64,000 nt of DNA from a virus. This document shows, piece by piece, positions 1 to 9,608 of this stretch. The notes under the pieces were generated by a model, which ran no database searches, had not been told where the DNA came from, and worked only from the letters and a program-made list of their open reading frames with translations. The stretch spans positions 1-64,000 of IMG/VR virus record IMGVR_UViG_3300045988_171772; one strand, written 5' to 3'. How positions within the stretch are numbered: the first letter of the stretch is position 1; every line of letters starts with the position of its first letter. The position numbers and the translations under genes were made by a program.

Positions 1-357
1 GAACTTAGCCTGATCACCCTTCGCAGGAGCCGGAACCAGACCGGTTCCACCAGCAGCAGAAGAAGTGGCACCCTTAAAGGCGGGATATTTTGTATCCGTA
101 TCCTGTGTCTGAATGGTACCAGAAGTACCGTCTCCTTTTGTATAGGTGACAGTTCTTCCGTTCACACTCAGACCAGTAATATAGGATGTCAGATCTTTGC
201 CATTCTTATCTCCGAGCGCCTTATTCATTACACCTTTGCTGGCGACATAATCCTGAAGGACTGAGTTATCATCAAAGTAAATTCCAACAGCTCTAGACGC
301 AGGCAAAATTACATTTCCGTCCTTGTCATTGAGCTTCCGAATAAATGCATTAGGCAT
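1..357 (-). CDS. tail fibre protein, N-terminal part (gene runs off the left edge)
   Basis: ATG at 357 after a GAGGAG RBS. MPNAFIRKLNDKDGNVILPASRAVGIYFDDN shares the N-terminal module of the fibres at 44124 and 46723. GLVPAPAKGDQAKF fibre repeat. Confidence 0.6.
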   Translation of the reverse strand, partial: MPNAFIRKLNDKDGNVILPASRAVGIYFDDNSVLQDYVASKGVMNKALGDKNGKDLTSYITGLSVNGRTVTYTKGDGTSGTIQTQDTDTKYPAFKGATSSAAGGTGLVPAPAKGDQAKF

Positions 358-449
358 GGATACTTTCTCCTCTCTGGTCTTTCTAAAAAACGACATTAAA
401 GAGACTTACTTAAGCGACTGTTTTTGATGTAAGGATACCCAAAACTTCC

Positions 450-1178
450 TCAGGGGATATCAGTCGTCTCAGACCCCCATCCTTTGTCAATGGTAATATC
501 GCCAAGAGACTGCTTCCATGTACCATCACCAGCCAAGAAGTATTCTTCCTGACCAGCAACAGGTTTGGGAACAAGGCCGTTGGTACCATCAGAGTCAGCA
601 GAAGCTCCGATGAAATCTGTGTATACATTATCACCATCAGCAACACCGAGATCAATAAGATCCTTCTTAGTAACCAAGGTTGCAGAAGATACATGACCGG
701 TAGCATCTACAGCGATTTTGTAAAGTCCAGAGGCAGCTGTGGTATAAGAAGGATGGACATAGTTATTGGCACCAGTGGCAATCCCATCCAGTTTGATTTT
801 ATCCTCAGGGGTCATCAAACCAGCAGCATCTTCCGAGACATTGGAGTATGCAGGGATTGTCTTCCAGGTACCATCTGCATTGAGGAATTTTCCAGAATCG
901 GTTGTCATGGGAGCGGGTACAAGACCAGCTGCGCCATTCTCGGAATCGGTTGCTCCTTTGACAAGAGCACGAAGATTCACCAACTTGGATCCAGTGTAGA
1001 GATAAAATCCCTCGTCTTCTTTGATGAAAGATGTCAAACCTTCCGGATTGGCACCACCATCAAGAATCGTTTGAAGTTCTTGAATTGTATCGTTGCACTC
1101 TCGCATATCAAGAAGAGATTTTGCATTCAAGATAAAGCCAGATGCAAGAGCAATTCCTTGCCGTTGATCCAGATTCAT
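450..1178 (-). CDS. tail fibre-like protein
   Basis: 242-aa ORF with a GGAGG RBS. Repeated GLVP.P....(K/Y)FL..DGTWK motif typical of phage fibres. Confidence 0.6.
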   Translation of the reverse strand: MNLDQRQGIALASGFILNAKSLLDMRECNDTIQELQTILDGGANPEGLTSFIKEDEGFYLYTGSKLVNLRALVKGATDSENGAAGLVPAPMTTDSGKFLNADGTWKTIPAYSNVSEDAAGLMTPEDKIKLDGIATGANNYVHPSYTTAASGLYKIAVDATGHVSSATLVTKKDLIDLGVADGDNVYTDFIGASADSDGTNGLVPKPVAGQEEYFLAGDGTWKQSLGDITIDKGWGSETTDIP

Positions 1179-1198
1179 GATTTAAATCCTCCCTCCTC

Positions 1199-2464
1199 TT
1201 AATATTTGAAAGTGAAGTTGAAGGCAGTGTTGGTCGAAGGACTATTATAGTAGATATAATAATCGAGACCATCGATCTGACCTTCAATACGAGTAAAGGT
1301 ACCAGTGGCATCGAATCCATTGGTATCCAGAATCTGAGAAATGGCTCCATTTCCCTTATAACAGGCAAAGACAGCTCTCTGCTGTGTCATAGTATAAGAA
1401 ATGATCTGATTGCCTTTACCAACAATCTTCTTGGTCATAGCAGCCACAGAATCCGCAGTAGGAATATCGGCAGAGACTCCATAATAGTACGGATAGACAA
1501 AGGTGAAACTACCAGAGGTAGCAGACACATATTTATTCGTATCATCATAGAGTCTCACAGTGATATTCTTTGCAGCAGAATCCTTGGCGATATCCAGATC
1601 AAGAGAGATGGTATTAGTACCAGGACTCACCGTCTCAGATGTAGTGAGCAGATCGGATCCATTATAGACCTCAATTTTTGTAAGAGGATTGGATCCCTGT
1701 TTCACTGTCACAATTGCAGAGGAAACATGCTGGGTTGTATTCCATTCCACAGTAGATCCATTGGTAGGACTCATACGGACACTCACCGAAGGAGCGACAT
1801 AAGGATGCAGAATCGTATAGAGAAGATCTGCAACCTTAATACCACCCGTAGGAGGAGTGTAACCAGCAGCAAGACCACCAATAGAAACTGTGGTAGGAAC
1901 GGTTGTATCATAGTCAGTCTCATCGATTGCATTGGTAATATACTCGGTAAGTCCATTGATATCGGACATATCATGTTTATGACCAGAAGGTGCAATTATA
2001 CTGATCTTATCAGCAATTGCTTCATCCAATCCTTCGATTTGGTTCGCTTCATGGACATGATCGTAGGTAGCTGCACCAAGTCGATCCGGATCCAGTTCAA
2101 TGGCAACTCTTCGAGATCCATTGTAGGTAAACTGATCATCATTCTCAGTTGTACCACCATTGATGCTGATAACAAGATCATTGGCGACCTTATTCGCAGT
2201 ACCAACGGTCATATTCCCAGGATTGAGATCAGTAATCTGAGACATCGTATGTGTATGAGTAGATTTCCATTCCTCTGTGTCATCTTTCCAGGTATTCAGA
2301 GTAGAGTTGGTCTGCTCCTGAGTAGTCTTGAAAGATTTCATGTCAGAATGAAAATCGGTGAGGGTAGTCCCATCACCCATAGCGACGTTACCCGCGACTG
2401 TATTGGGATATACAATCTCGTCCGTCTTTTTGATTTTCAGGTTCGCTAAGAGTGCATCTGGCAT
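1199..2464 (-). CDS. tail fibre / receptor-binding protein candidate
   Basis: 421-aa ORF with an AAGGAG RBS and Thr/Asn/Gly-rich composition, in a fibre gene cluster. Confidence 0.5.
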   Translation of the reverse strand: MPDALLANLKIKKTDEIVYPNTVAGNVAMGDGTTLTDFHSDMKSFKTTQEQTNSTLNTWKDDTEEWKSTHTHTMSQITDLNPGNMTVGTANKVANDLVISINGGTTENDDQFTYNGSRRVAIELDPDRLGAATYDHVHEANQIEGLDEAIADKISIIAPSGHKHDMSDINGLTEYITNAIDETDYDTTVPTTVSIGGLAAGYTPPTGGIKVADLLYTILHPYVAPSVSVRMSPTNGSTVEWNTTQHVSSAIVTVKQGSNPLTKIEVYNGSDLLTTSETVSPGTNTISLDLDIAKDSAAKNITVRLYDDTNKYVSATSGSFTFVYPYYYGVSADIPTADSVAAMTKKIVGKGNQIISYTMTQQRAVFACYKGNGAISQILDTNGFDATGTFTRIEGQIDGLDYYIYYNSPSTNTAFNFTFKY

Positions 2465-2484
2465 GTTGTATCATCTCCTTGCCA

Positions 2485-3228
2485 TTATTCTAACCACATA
2501 TCCGAGATGTCCATATAGGCAAAGCCATCCAGATTGCTCTCTCCATCTCCCCATCCGAAAGACAGATAGGTGATGACGAGCTCATCATTCTTGGTATAGA
2601 CCTCTTCTCCATAGCGTGTGGCAAGAGCTACGGTATCTCCGTCAGCTTCATTAATGCGAACGACCACATACTCATCCCGTTCGGTGGTAACATTCTCCTC
2701 GATATTGGTCAAGAGGAATGCATCCAGTCCCATAAGAGACATACCGACATGAATATTGATATAGGCCTCATCCAATCCAGTGACATCGATGATACCCCTC
2801 TCATACCAGCAAGTCTTGCCGGAGCAATCCCAGGTACGATAGATGGTATCACCACTTTGATCTTCCAAGGTGATATAGACATATCGTCTCAGAAGCTTAG
2901 GCACAAATTCCAGATTTCTTCGAGTGAAGATGAATTTCAATTTGTGCCGATGATGGAACTTGATTGGTTTATTGGTTTTGAAGGATACCGAATAAATATC
3001 GAAATCCGATAGTCTGTGTTTGATATAGACACAGATGGATCCAAGAGCTCCTTTGTTTAAGATATCCTCATTCTCCGGAAGAAAATCTTCTTCCCGTAAG
3101 AAAGAAGTAGCAAAGACAAAGTCGACAGTGTCTCCATTATTCAGGGTCCAACCTCCTGTGAGGTTTTCGTAATCATCAATGGGCTGATGAAGGAGAATTC
3201 GATTTGTTCTCGTGGTAATGATAGGCAT
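2485..3228 (-). CDS. hypothetical protein (fibre-cluster associated)
   Basis: 247-aa ORF with an AAGGAGG RBS, first gene of the minus-strand fibre operon. Confidence 0.55.
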   Translation of the reverse strand: MPIITTRTNRILLHQPIDDYENLTGGWTLNNGDTVDFVFATSFLREEDFLPENEDILNKGALGSICVYIKHRLSDFDIYSVSFKTNKPIKFHHRHKLKFIFTRRNLEFVPKLLRRYVYITLEDQSGDTIYRTWDCSGKTCWYERGIIDVTGLDEAYINIHVGMSLMGLDAFLLTNIEENVTTERDEYVVVRINEADGDTVALATRYGEEVYTKNDELVITYLSFGWGDGESNLDGFAYMDISDMWLE

Positions 3229-3347
3229 AATCCCAAATCCTCCTTGTGCCAGAATATTTGAAGTAACCTTTTAAGAGGGTGTTTTTGAATAGGGTATTTG
3301 CCGTCATATGTTTTCATTTTGCATAGAAACATTACATAGTAAAAATA

Positions 3348-3851
3348 ATGCCAAATCTAGAATGTAAGATGGTGAATGTATACATGGCAATGTCTGATGA
3401 AATTCGGAAAGTTCTTCCCGATTCCGTTCGAGAGATCAAAACTGCATCCATTGATTTGGATTTCACCGGTCTTTCCATTGCAGACATTTTTCGTAATCTC
3501 AACTCTGTCTATCCTCCCATTAGTCGAGAAAGAGGTCTTATCAAAGCTGGTAAGATGGTGATCTGCGTCATTGTAAAGTCTGAGTATCTGGCTCCCTATA
3601 AGGGAATCGTATTCATGATCACCGATGACAAGATCGAATTGAATGCTTTCTCGAAGAAGTATCTTGTATTTGCCATCAATGAGAAGAGTATCTCCGATGA
3701 GGATGATATTCTCAATATGATCAATCGACTGACAAAGTATTTGGTCCGTTACTCCAGAAATGAGATACTCAAATTACAGGACTTCTTTGTCAAATTTGTC
3801 TATGATCCTGGAGAAGAAAAACGAGAAAATGCACTTTTAGCAGAGAGCTGA
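3348..3851 (+). CDS. hypothetical protein (start uncertain)
   Basis: 167-aa ORF followed by the terminator at 3856-3910. No strong RBS. Confidence 0.5.
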   Translation: MPNLECKMVNVYMAMSDEIRKVLPDSVREIKTASIDLDFTGLSIADIFRNLNSVYPPISRERGLIKAGKMVICVIVKSEYLAPYKGIVFMITDDKIELNAFSKKYLVFAINEKSISDEDDILNMINRLTKYLVRYSRNEILKLQDFFVKFVYDPGEEKRENALLAES

Positions 3852-3855
3852 AATA

Positions 3856-3910
3856 TCCTATCTCTTCATATCACTGAGATACATCAGGTATGAAGAGATA
3901 GGATTCTTTT
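3856..3910 (+). terminator. intrinsic terminator
   Basis: 15-bp stem TCCTATCTCTTCATA/TATGAAGAGATAGGA + TTCTTTT. Confidence 0.75.
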
Positions 3911-3915
3911 GTCTG

Positions 3916-3923
3916 TATATTAT
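3916..3923 (+). promoter_or_regulatory. TATATTAT promoter-like motif
   Basis: ctgTATATTATacc, right after the terminator and upstream of gene 4012. Confidence 0.45.
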
Positions 3924-3975
3924 ACCAGTGTGATGGGTCGGTATAGAGGTCATCATAAAACTGTAATTTTCGATG

Positions 3976-3983
3976 TATATTAT
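3976..3983 (+). promoter_or_regulatory. TATATTAT promoter-like motif
   Basis: atgTATATTATtgt, 29 nt upstream of ATG 4012. Confidence 0.45.
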
Positions 3984-4011
3984 TGTATTAGAAAGGAGTG
4001 TGATTTCGGGT

Positions 4012-5133
4012 ATGATGACGGATAAAGTACCCACTCTGGAAGAGCTATTGGAGAAAGCAAAAGCACTTCCAGATTCGAAATATCCCAATTGGATATTCCA
4101 GGTTACCTTTCATCAGTTTGAAGATTTCCCGGAATATTGGACTGACTTCGATATGAGTGATCCTCGTGTCGAAGTCTTGCAAACCCTACCCAAGATCAAA
4201 GATGTGAATCGGTATCTGGAATTGCATCGGATGTGGGAAGACTATGTAGCTGACGTGGCTTACAAATATGGAGTCGACCCGTATCTGGTGCCAGATATGT
4301 TCCGGGTAGGTCTCATTCGGGAGTATATTCCGGATGAGCCGAGACTATCTAAGAAGACGAAGGAAACCAAAAAATTCCTCAAACATGGTATCATCCCACA
4401 GCAGACGATTGACAATGGAGAGGTCATTCACGGGTTTGTGGAGATGAATGCCAACAATGAGATCGATACCTCCTATGGTGGAGTCATTCGTGAACCGACT
4501 GAGGAGGAAGAAAATCTTCTGGGTCAAGGTACATTCGAGATTGCGTCCCAGAAACGAATGGCCGAATTCAAGAATTCTGGTATTGCTCATGACAGAAGAA
4601 TCGAGTTTGTGGGTGATTATTATAGGGCATTCAATGCAGGTGTCTATGATAGTGGACCGGCTGTGGATGCCGATGGAATGATCGATATCGACAAACTTCT
4701 CAAGGATGAAGAGGAGAAAGAAAGGAAACCCGAGTGGATGAGAGAGTCGGATGAATTCATGAATTCTCTCAAGGGATCCAAATTCATCGGAGGAAGGTTT
4801 GTTGATACCAAGCTGAGTGTGGATCGACAGATTCTGGCAGCCTTTATGGCAGCTGGATATAATCCGAACCTTCTGCATGAGAGTGGAATGATGAGTAAGA
4901 AGCAGGTCTTCCTCATGGGTGCCCAGGCTGGTCTTGATATGGACCAATTCGACAATCCCAAGAAATGGGAAAAGAAGAAGAGAAAGCGGGAGAAGAAGAT
5001 GCTCAAGCAGCATCAGAGGAAACTCGGTTCGATGGCATCTCTCTTGACTGCCAATGGATTCTCGGATGGATATGGAAATATGGATGATCCCATCAGTATC
5101 GGAATCGATGACGAAGATCTCTTCAAATTGTAA
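4012..5133 (+). CDS. hypothetical protein
   Basis: Long ORF. ATG 4012 lies downstream of AAAGGAG and two TATATTAT motifs. Lys/Glu-rich C-terminus. Confidence 0.6.
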   Translation: MMTDKVPTLEELLEKAKALPDSKYPNWIFQVTFHQFEDFPEYWTDFDMSDPRVEVLQTLPKIKDVNRYLELHRMWEDYVADVAYKYGVDPYLVPDMFRVGLIREYIPDEPRLSKKTKETKKFLKHGIIPQQTIDNGEVIHGFVEMNANNEIDTSYGGVIREPTEEEENLLGQGTFEIASQKRMAEFKNSGIAHDRRIEFVGDYYRAFNAGVYDSGPAVDADGMIDIDKLLKDEEEKERKPEWMRESDEFMNSLKGSKFIGGRFVDTKLSVDRQILAAFMAAGYNPNLLHESGMMSKKQVFLMGAQAGLDMDQFDNPKKWEKKKRKREKKMLKQHQRKLGSMASLLTANGFSDGYGNMDDPISIGIDDEDLFKL

Positions 5134-5153
5134 TAAGGAGGTGTCATAGTAGT

Positions 5154-6134
5154 ATGGATGACACACAGGATCGGATCCAATTCCAGAAGGATTTGGAGGA
5201 TGCAAATCAGGATCGGGATTATATCTCGGATTTCACAGATGAGCTCTTGGGAATTCGGCAACCGAGGACTCTCGATTCATTCTTTGATGATAAGATGGTG
5301 ACTCAGACAGCGACCATTCAAGGTGCTGCGAACCAGGAAGAGTTTCTTCGGTCGGATCTGATGGATGCCAAGTCCAGGGTGAATTCCAAGTTGATGAAGG
5401 AATTTACCAAGGATGAAATCAAGATGCTCTATGTATTGGCATTGAGTATCGACTATCGAGACAATAACCAGAAAGCCGATATGCTCAAGGAGTATATGGT
5501 GAAGAAAGGGTTTGTCCCGATCGGTACTGGAACCAATCGAATGAGCTTCAAGAAGGGTCGGTATTGTTATAAGTTTGCCTTGGATCGTCGAGGGATTGCC
5601 GATATGCTGAATGAAGCCAGAAGATCTGTGGATGCTCCTCAGTTTCTGGCTCATTGTTTTGAATGCTGTGGAGTTGCCGCAGTGGATGAGTATGTCGATG
5701 TCCTGGATCGAGAGACCTTTGCAAATCCGGATGTAAAGGCAGCAATTCTGACCGTCTTGAATGAGTTGAGCAAAGAATTCATCTTTGGGGATATGGGGTA
5801 CGATTCCAAGAATTATTGTAATATCGGTACCCGTCATGATTCCCAGGGAAGAGAAAGTCTGGTCTTTCTCGATTTTGCCTATATGCATCCGAGGATTGGA
5901 AATGAAGAAGCCTTCACATGTATCAAGGATGGGACGCCTCTGCGATACAATAGTCTCTTCACCAAGTATGTCTGTCCGAAATGTCAGGCAGAGTATGACT
6001 ATCGGGATATTCTCTGGAGGCTGAATGCCAATAAGAGCAATTTTGAGAATAGCTTCCTGGCAGAGATTCAGTCCAATCTCTATCTGGATGAAGATATCGA
6101 TACATCGGATCTGGCCGTCGATGCCGATATCTAA
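5154..6134 (+). CDS. protein-kinase-like fold protein with C-terminal zinc ribbon (tentative)
   Basis: AAGGAGG RBS. IGTGTNRMSF (Gly loop-like), YCYKFAL (Lys), GDMGYDSKNYCNIG (D..N catalytic loop-like), LDFAYM (DFG-like), C..C...C..C. Confidence 0.45.
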   Translation: MDDTQDRIQFQKDLEDANQDRDYISDFTDELLGIRQPRTLDSFFDDKMVTQTATIQGAANQEEFLRSDLMDAKSRVNSKLMKEFTKDEIKMLYVLALSIDYRDNNQKADMLKEYMVKKGFVPIGTGTNRMSFKKGRYCYKFALDRRGIADMLNEARRSVDAPQFLAHCFECCGVAAVDEYVDVLDRETFANPDVKAAILTVLNELSKEFIFGDMGYDSKNYCNIGTRHDSQGRESLVFLDFAYMHPRIGNEEAFTCIKDGTPLRYNSLFTKYVCPKCQAEYDYRDILWRLNANKSNFENSFLAEIQSNLYLDEDIDTSDLAVDADI

Positions 6135-6171
6135 TCTCTATTACAATCGAAACTTTATCAAGTAATTCGTA

Positions 6172-6179
6172 TATATTAT
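6172..6179 (+). promoter_or_regulatory. TATATTAT promoter-like motif
   Basis: cgtaTATATTATtag, 82 nt upstream of ATG 6261. Confidence 0.5.
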
Positions 6180-6260
6180 TAGAATGGAAAGAGATTAAAT
6201 TGCGATTGCAAGGTAATTTAATCTCGATTCATTCGAATGAAATCAAGGAGGTACGTAACT

Positions 6261-6872
6261 ATGGCAGCAATTGTATTTATCAGCAAAAAGCAGTTTAAGA
6301 AGGAGCAGGAGAAGTTGGCCAAGTGGGCAGACTATCAGCTCCTCGATGCAACGGGTGGGACGGATGTTTTGTCTCACAAGTATAACCACTGTGAGACCAC
6401 CGATGGATTCTGCCCGGACAAGAAAGTCTATAAGCCGGTGGAGAGGGATGTCCTCGACAGTGACTATGACATGCCGGATGATTTCTCTGGAGATATCTCG
6501 GCAATTCTCAAGAGTGGATCCAACTCCGAGAAGTTTACCGAGTCTCAGAAGAAGGCTCAGAAGAGATTCCTCAAGTCCAAGAACTTCATGATGGCCTTTG
6601 GTCTCTGTCTGGATATTCTGGTTCGGGCCAAGGGCATGGCGAATGTCTATATCATCGTCAAGAATGGCGTTTATAAGAACTTCGCCGAGAAGATGCTCAA
6701 CCGGATGGAGAAGATCATGGGGGACCATGTAGGAAAGATCTGTTATCTGTGGGATGATCTGGATGAAGGATCTACCAAGAAGGCTGTCTTGACTCAACAG
6801 GTTCCTCAGGCAGATCTCGACATCATCAAGGAAATGGCCATCGCCATCAATAAGGAGTATGCCGACAAATGA
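6261..6872 (+). CDS. hypothetical protein
   Basis: ATG 6261 lies 8 nt after AAGGAGG. 203 aa. Confidence 0.7.
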   Translation: MAAIVFISKKQFKKEQEKLAKWADYQLLDATGGTDVLSHKYNHCETTDGFCPDKKVYKPVERDVLDSDYDMPDDFSGDISAILKSGSNSEKFTESQKKAQKRFLKSKNFMMAFGLCLDILVRAKGMANVYIIVKNGVYKNFAEKMLNRMEKIMGDHVGKICYLWDDLDEGSTKKAVLTQQVPQADLDIIKEMAIAINKEYADK

Positions 6873-7278
6873 GAGAAGAGATTCCACTCAGGATGAATGG
6901 ACTTGAAAGGTGTCCGTATGAAAAAGGAGATATTCTCTTCTTAAAAGGATCGGTAAATATTCCGAAAGGATTGACCGTCATTACGGGATGCAATGGATCT
7001 GGAAAATCTACCCTTCTCTATGATATCGAGAAAAGATACAAAGGCAATGATGACTGGTATATCGTATCCTATTGAGAGAAGGAAGTCGGATTCAGGAAGT
7101 TCCTGTCTACATTCTGGTCTCTTCCAATAGCTGGGAATTCTGTGAAGGGGAACGTTGCTTAGATGCACGGTCTCTCAATTTCAAAAAATTCTCCACCTAT
7201 GAGGAATATCGGAAGTATATTCTGGATTCTAGGAAGAAGAAAGAACATCGACTGGAGACCTTAGAAAGACTGAGATAA
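6869..7278 (+). pseudogene. P-loop NTPase fragment, broken by TGA/frameshift at about 7073
   Basis: Walker A GCNGSGKST in the first 68 codons. Coding-like sequence continues in another frame (7072-7278). No Walker B. Terminator follows. Confidence 0.4.
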
Positions 7279-7280
7279 GA

Positions 7281-7333
7281 AATATACACAAGAGATAGAG
7301 GAAACCCTAGACTCTTGTGTATATTTTCTTTTT
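7281..7333 (+). terminator. intrinsic terminator
   Basis: Stem AATATACACAAGAG/CTCTTGTGTATATT + TTCTTTTT. Confidence 0.75.
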
Positions 7334-7345
7334 GAGGTGATCATC

Positions 7346-8128
7346 ATGTTTTGGGTAAATGGAAATCTACCTTATATCATTGACACTCCCATCACAGAGT
7401 ATGATATCAAGTCTGGCAATGTGAGTATCATGAGAACCTTCAAAGATCAGTTCGATCCTCCTCTGAATCTGGAGCAGATTGATCAGATCGCCAATCTGGA
7501 TAAGAGTGCTCGCGTCATTCGGGTTGGGAATATGATGCGGGACATTCCGAAATTCTCAGAAACTCTCGAGAAAGGTTTCAATACCATCGTCGTGGAGTTC
7601 TGTAAGGAGAATAATCTGGATACATCTGAATCATCCGAGGATATTGTCTCCATCAAACGAGATGCTGTCTTTGTGGTCGGTAAAGAAGTCTATCATACCG
7701 TCATTAGAGAGTATTGTCACTTTATCCCCAAGAATGTCTATGATGGCTATATGAGGATCAAGGGATATGAATTCTATATTGACTTCCAGCATCAGAAGGT
7801 GGATGTCAAAGGAATGCAAGATCAACTTCTTCCTCTCCATAAAGAAGGGATTCTCAATCTGATTCTAGCTCTCTATGATGAATGCGTCAAGACAGGGATG
7901 GATCGAACCAAGATCTCGAGATGGTTTGCGGATCTCTGTGATGCTTATCTATCTAGAGATCTTCCCTTTCCCTATTACCGTCAATTCGATGGGGAATCCA
8001 AGTATAGAATCCAGATGGGGGAGATGGATTATCTTACAGAAGATATCGAGGAGGAAGATCTTCAGGATCTCAACATCGAATTCAACTACAAGAGGATTTT
8101 GATTCCTCTACTCAATTTATTCATCTAA
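7346..8128 (+). CDS. hypothetical protein
   Basis: ATG after GAGGTG. 260 aa. Confidence 0.65.
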   Translation: MFWVNGNLPYIIDTPITEYDIKSGNVSIMRTFKDQFDPPLNLEQIDQIANLDKSARVIRVGNMMRDIPKFSETLEKGFNTIVVEFCKENNLDTSESSEDIVSIKRDAVFVVGKEVYHTVIREYCHFIPKNVYDGYMRIKGYEFYIDFQHQKVDVKGMQDQLLPLHKEGILNLILALYDECVKTGMDRTKISRWFADLCDAYLSRDLPFPYYRQFDGESKYRIQMGEMDYLTEDIEEEDLQDLNIEFNYKRILIPLLNLFI

Positions 8129-8141
8129 AATAGAAAGGAAA

Positions 8142-9608
8142 ATGATTATGAAATTTCGTGATTTGACCGATATGTCTGGAAGCGATCTTTTCCATTGGAC
8201 CATGAAGAGACAACCGAATGTCTATCGGAATACGGCAAAGATCACCATTCAGGAAAACATCTACGATCCGATTCAGAGAATGAATCGGATCAACTTCGAA
8301 TGCTGTGCTCTGGATATGATAGGTATTAATGCACACAATCATGCTATTACTGAGCTCACCCTGACAGTTGCTGCGAATGAGTTTGTGGCTCGTCTCTACT
8401 CCCTCATCAACTATACCAACTTCACCTTTGTGAATTCCATCCTCTTTGTGGAAGATGAGGAAGCCTTCTATGTCTCTGACAAGGATGCGAGTCTCTATAC
8501 GATGAACATTCGGACGCTCGAGAGTATGCTGAATACCTACGAGAATGAGCTGGATACAAAGCCGAGTCTTTCTCCTTCCATGGAGAGTCTCTATGAGATT
8601 ATCAAGAACCAATCGCTCCACTTCTTCAAACCTCTCCTGGAAGATGGTCTTCTCAATCCGGATATGGGTATTCGTAATGGTGAGCGACTCTACAAACTGG
8701 ATGTCGGCAAATTCATCAAACGATCGGATGACAATGGTTCCGATCGGAAAGAATACATGGCATTCCTCGACAGCTATTCGTATCTGATTGACGCCTATTG
8801 CTATGCTGTCGAGAAGAATGGGAAGAACCTCGACTTTGATGAGAAAAAAGCATCCAATCCTCTCCTCTATTGTGTGATCGATGAGGAGTTTTCGGACAAT
8901 GTCAAGACTGATTTCCGGAAGAAAGCCGATGTGATCGTTCGGGATCTGGATACCTATTATGGGAAGCTCTTTGATTCCACCCTGAAGCATCTCTTCAAAA
9001 TCCAGTCTTTCGCAGAGGATTATGCGATGATGCGGGAAGATGATGATGAGGACGAGAAGAATCTCTCGGATCGGATTCAGTCTGCCAAGCCCAATGTGGA
9101 CTATGCGTATACCACCTGCTCCCATCATTTTGAAACCGATTTCGATGATGAGGAAGAGGAGAAAGAAGACGATTCGACCGAATTGGAGCTCAAATCGGTA
9201 CAGATTCCTCCGGAAGAGATGGAAGATCTCTCGGAAGAAACTCCGGAAGAGAAGCCTGAGGAGAAAGAGAATAAGCCGAAGAAGCGTACGACTCGGAAAA
9301 AGAAGAGTGAGGATTCTTCTTCGGAGGAGAAACCCAAGAAAAAGAGAGGCCGTCCCAAGAAGGTACAGGAAGAACCTCCTGTGGAGGAGGAAGTTCCTGA
9401 GCTCATCGATGTATCGGAGGGTCCCTCCATTAAGATCACCATCGGCTGTCCTGTGGATGAAGATGGAAATCCTCTTCCGGAAGATACCGAGATCGTCTCC
9501 GAGCCCATCAACTTCGATGAACTTCATCGTCAGGATGTGACCGATACCGTCAACCAAGAAACCGCCATTCCCGTGGAAGAGACCGATACCTCCGACCAAA
9601 CCGAATAA
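8142..9608 (+). CDS. AT-hook-containing acidic/basic protein
   Basis: 488 aa. C-terminal low-complexity E/K tract with the canonical AT-hook KKKRGRPKK. Own terminator at 9647-9726. Confidence 0.65.
   Translation: MIMKFRDLTDMSGSDLFHWTMKRQPNVYRNTAKITIQENIYDPIQRMNRINFECCALDMIGINAHNHAITELTLTVAANEFVARLYSLINYTNFTFVNSILFVEDEEAFYVSDKDASLYTMNIRTLESMLNTYENELDTKPSLSPSMESLYEIIKNQSLHFFKPLLEDGLLNPDMGIRNGERLYKLDVGKFIKRSDDNGSDRKEYMAFLDSYSYLIDAYCYAVEKNGKNLDFDEKKASNPLLYCVIDEEFSDNVKTDFRKKADVIVRDLDTYYGKLFDSTLKHLFKIQSFAEDYAMMREDDDEDEKNLSDRIQSAKPNVDYAYTTCSHHFETDFDDEEEEKEDDSTELELKSVQIPPEEMEDLSEETPEEKPEEKENKPKKRTTRKKKSEDSSSEEKPKKKRGRPKKVQEEPPVEEEVPELIDVSEGPSIKITIGCPVDEDGNPLPEDTEIVSEPINFDELHRQDVTDTVNQETAIPVEETDTSDQTE

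Noticed and set aside
6869-7278. Programmed -1 ribosomal frameshift joining the two P-loop ORFs.
   Set aside because: There is no slippery heptamer or downstream structure at the junction. The fused product would still lack Walker B, so truncation or decay is more likely.
7346-8128. This ORF as the missing motif A or N-terminal part of the family B polymerase (EYDIKSGNVSIM versus D..SLYPSI).
   Set aside because: The similarity rests on 3-4 residues, the spacing to motif B would be far too long, and two independently terminated genes intervene. I mention it only as something to test.
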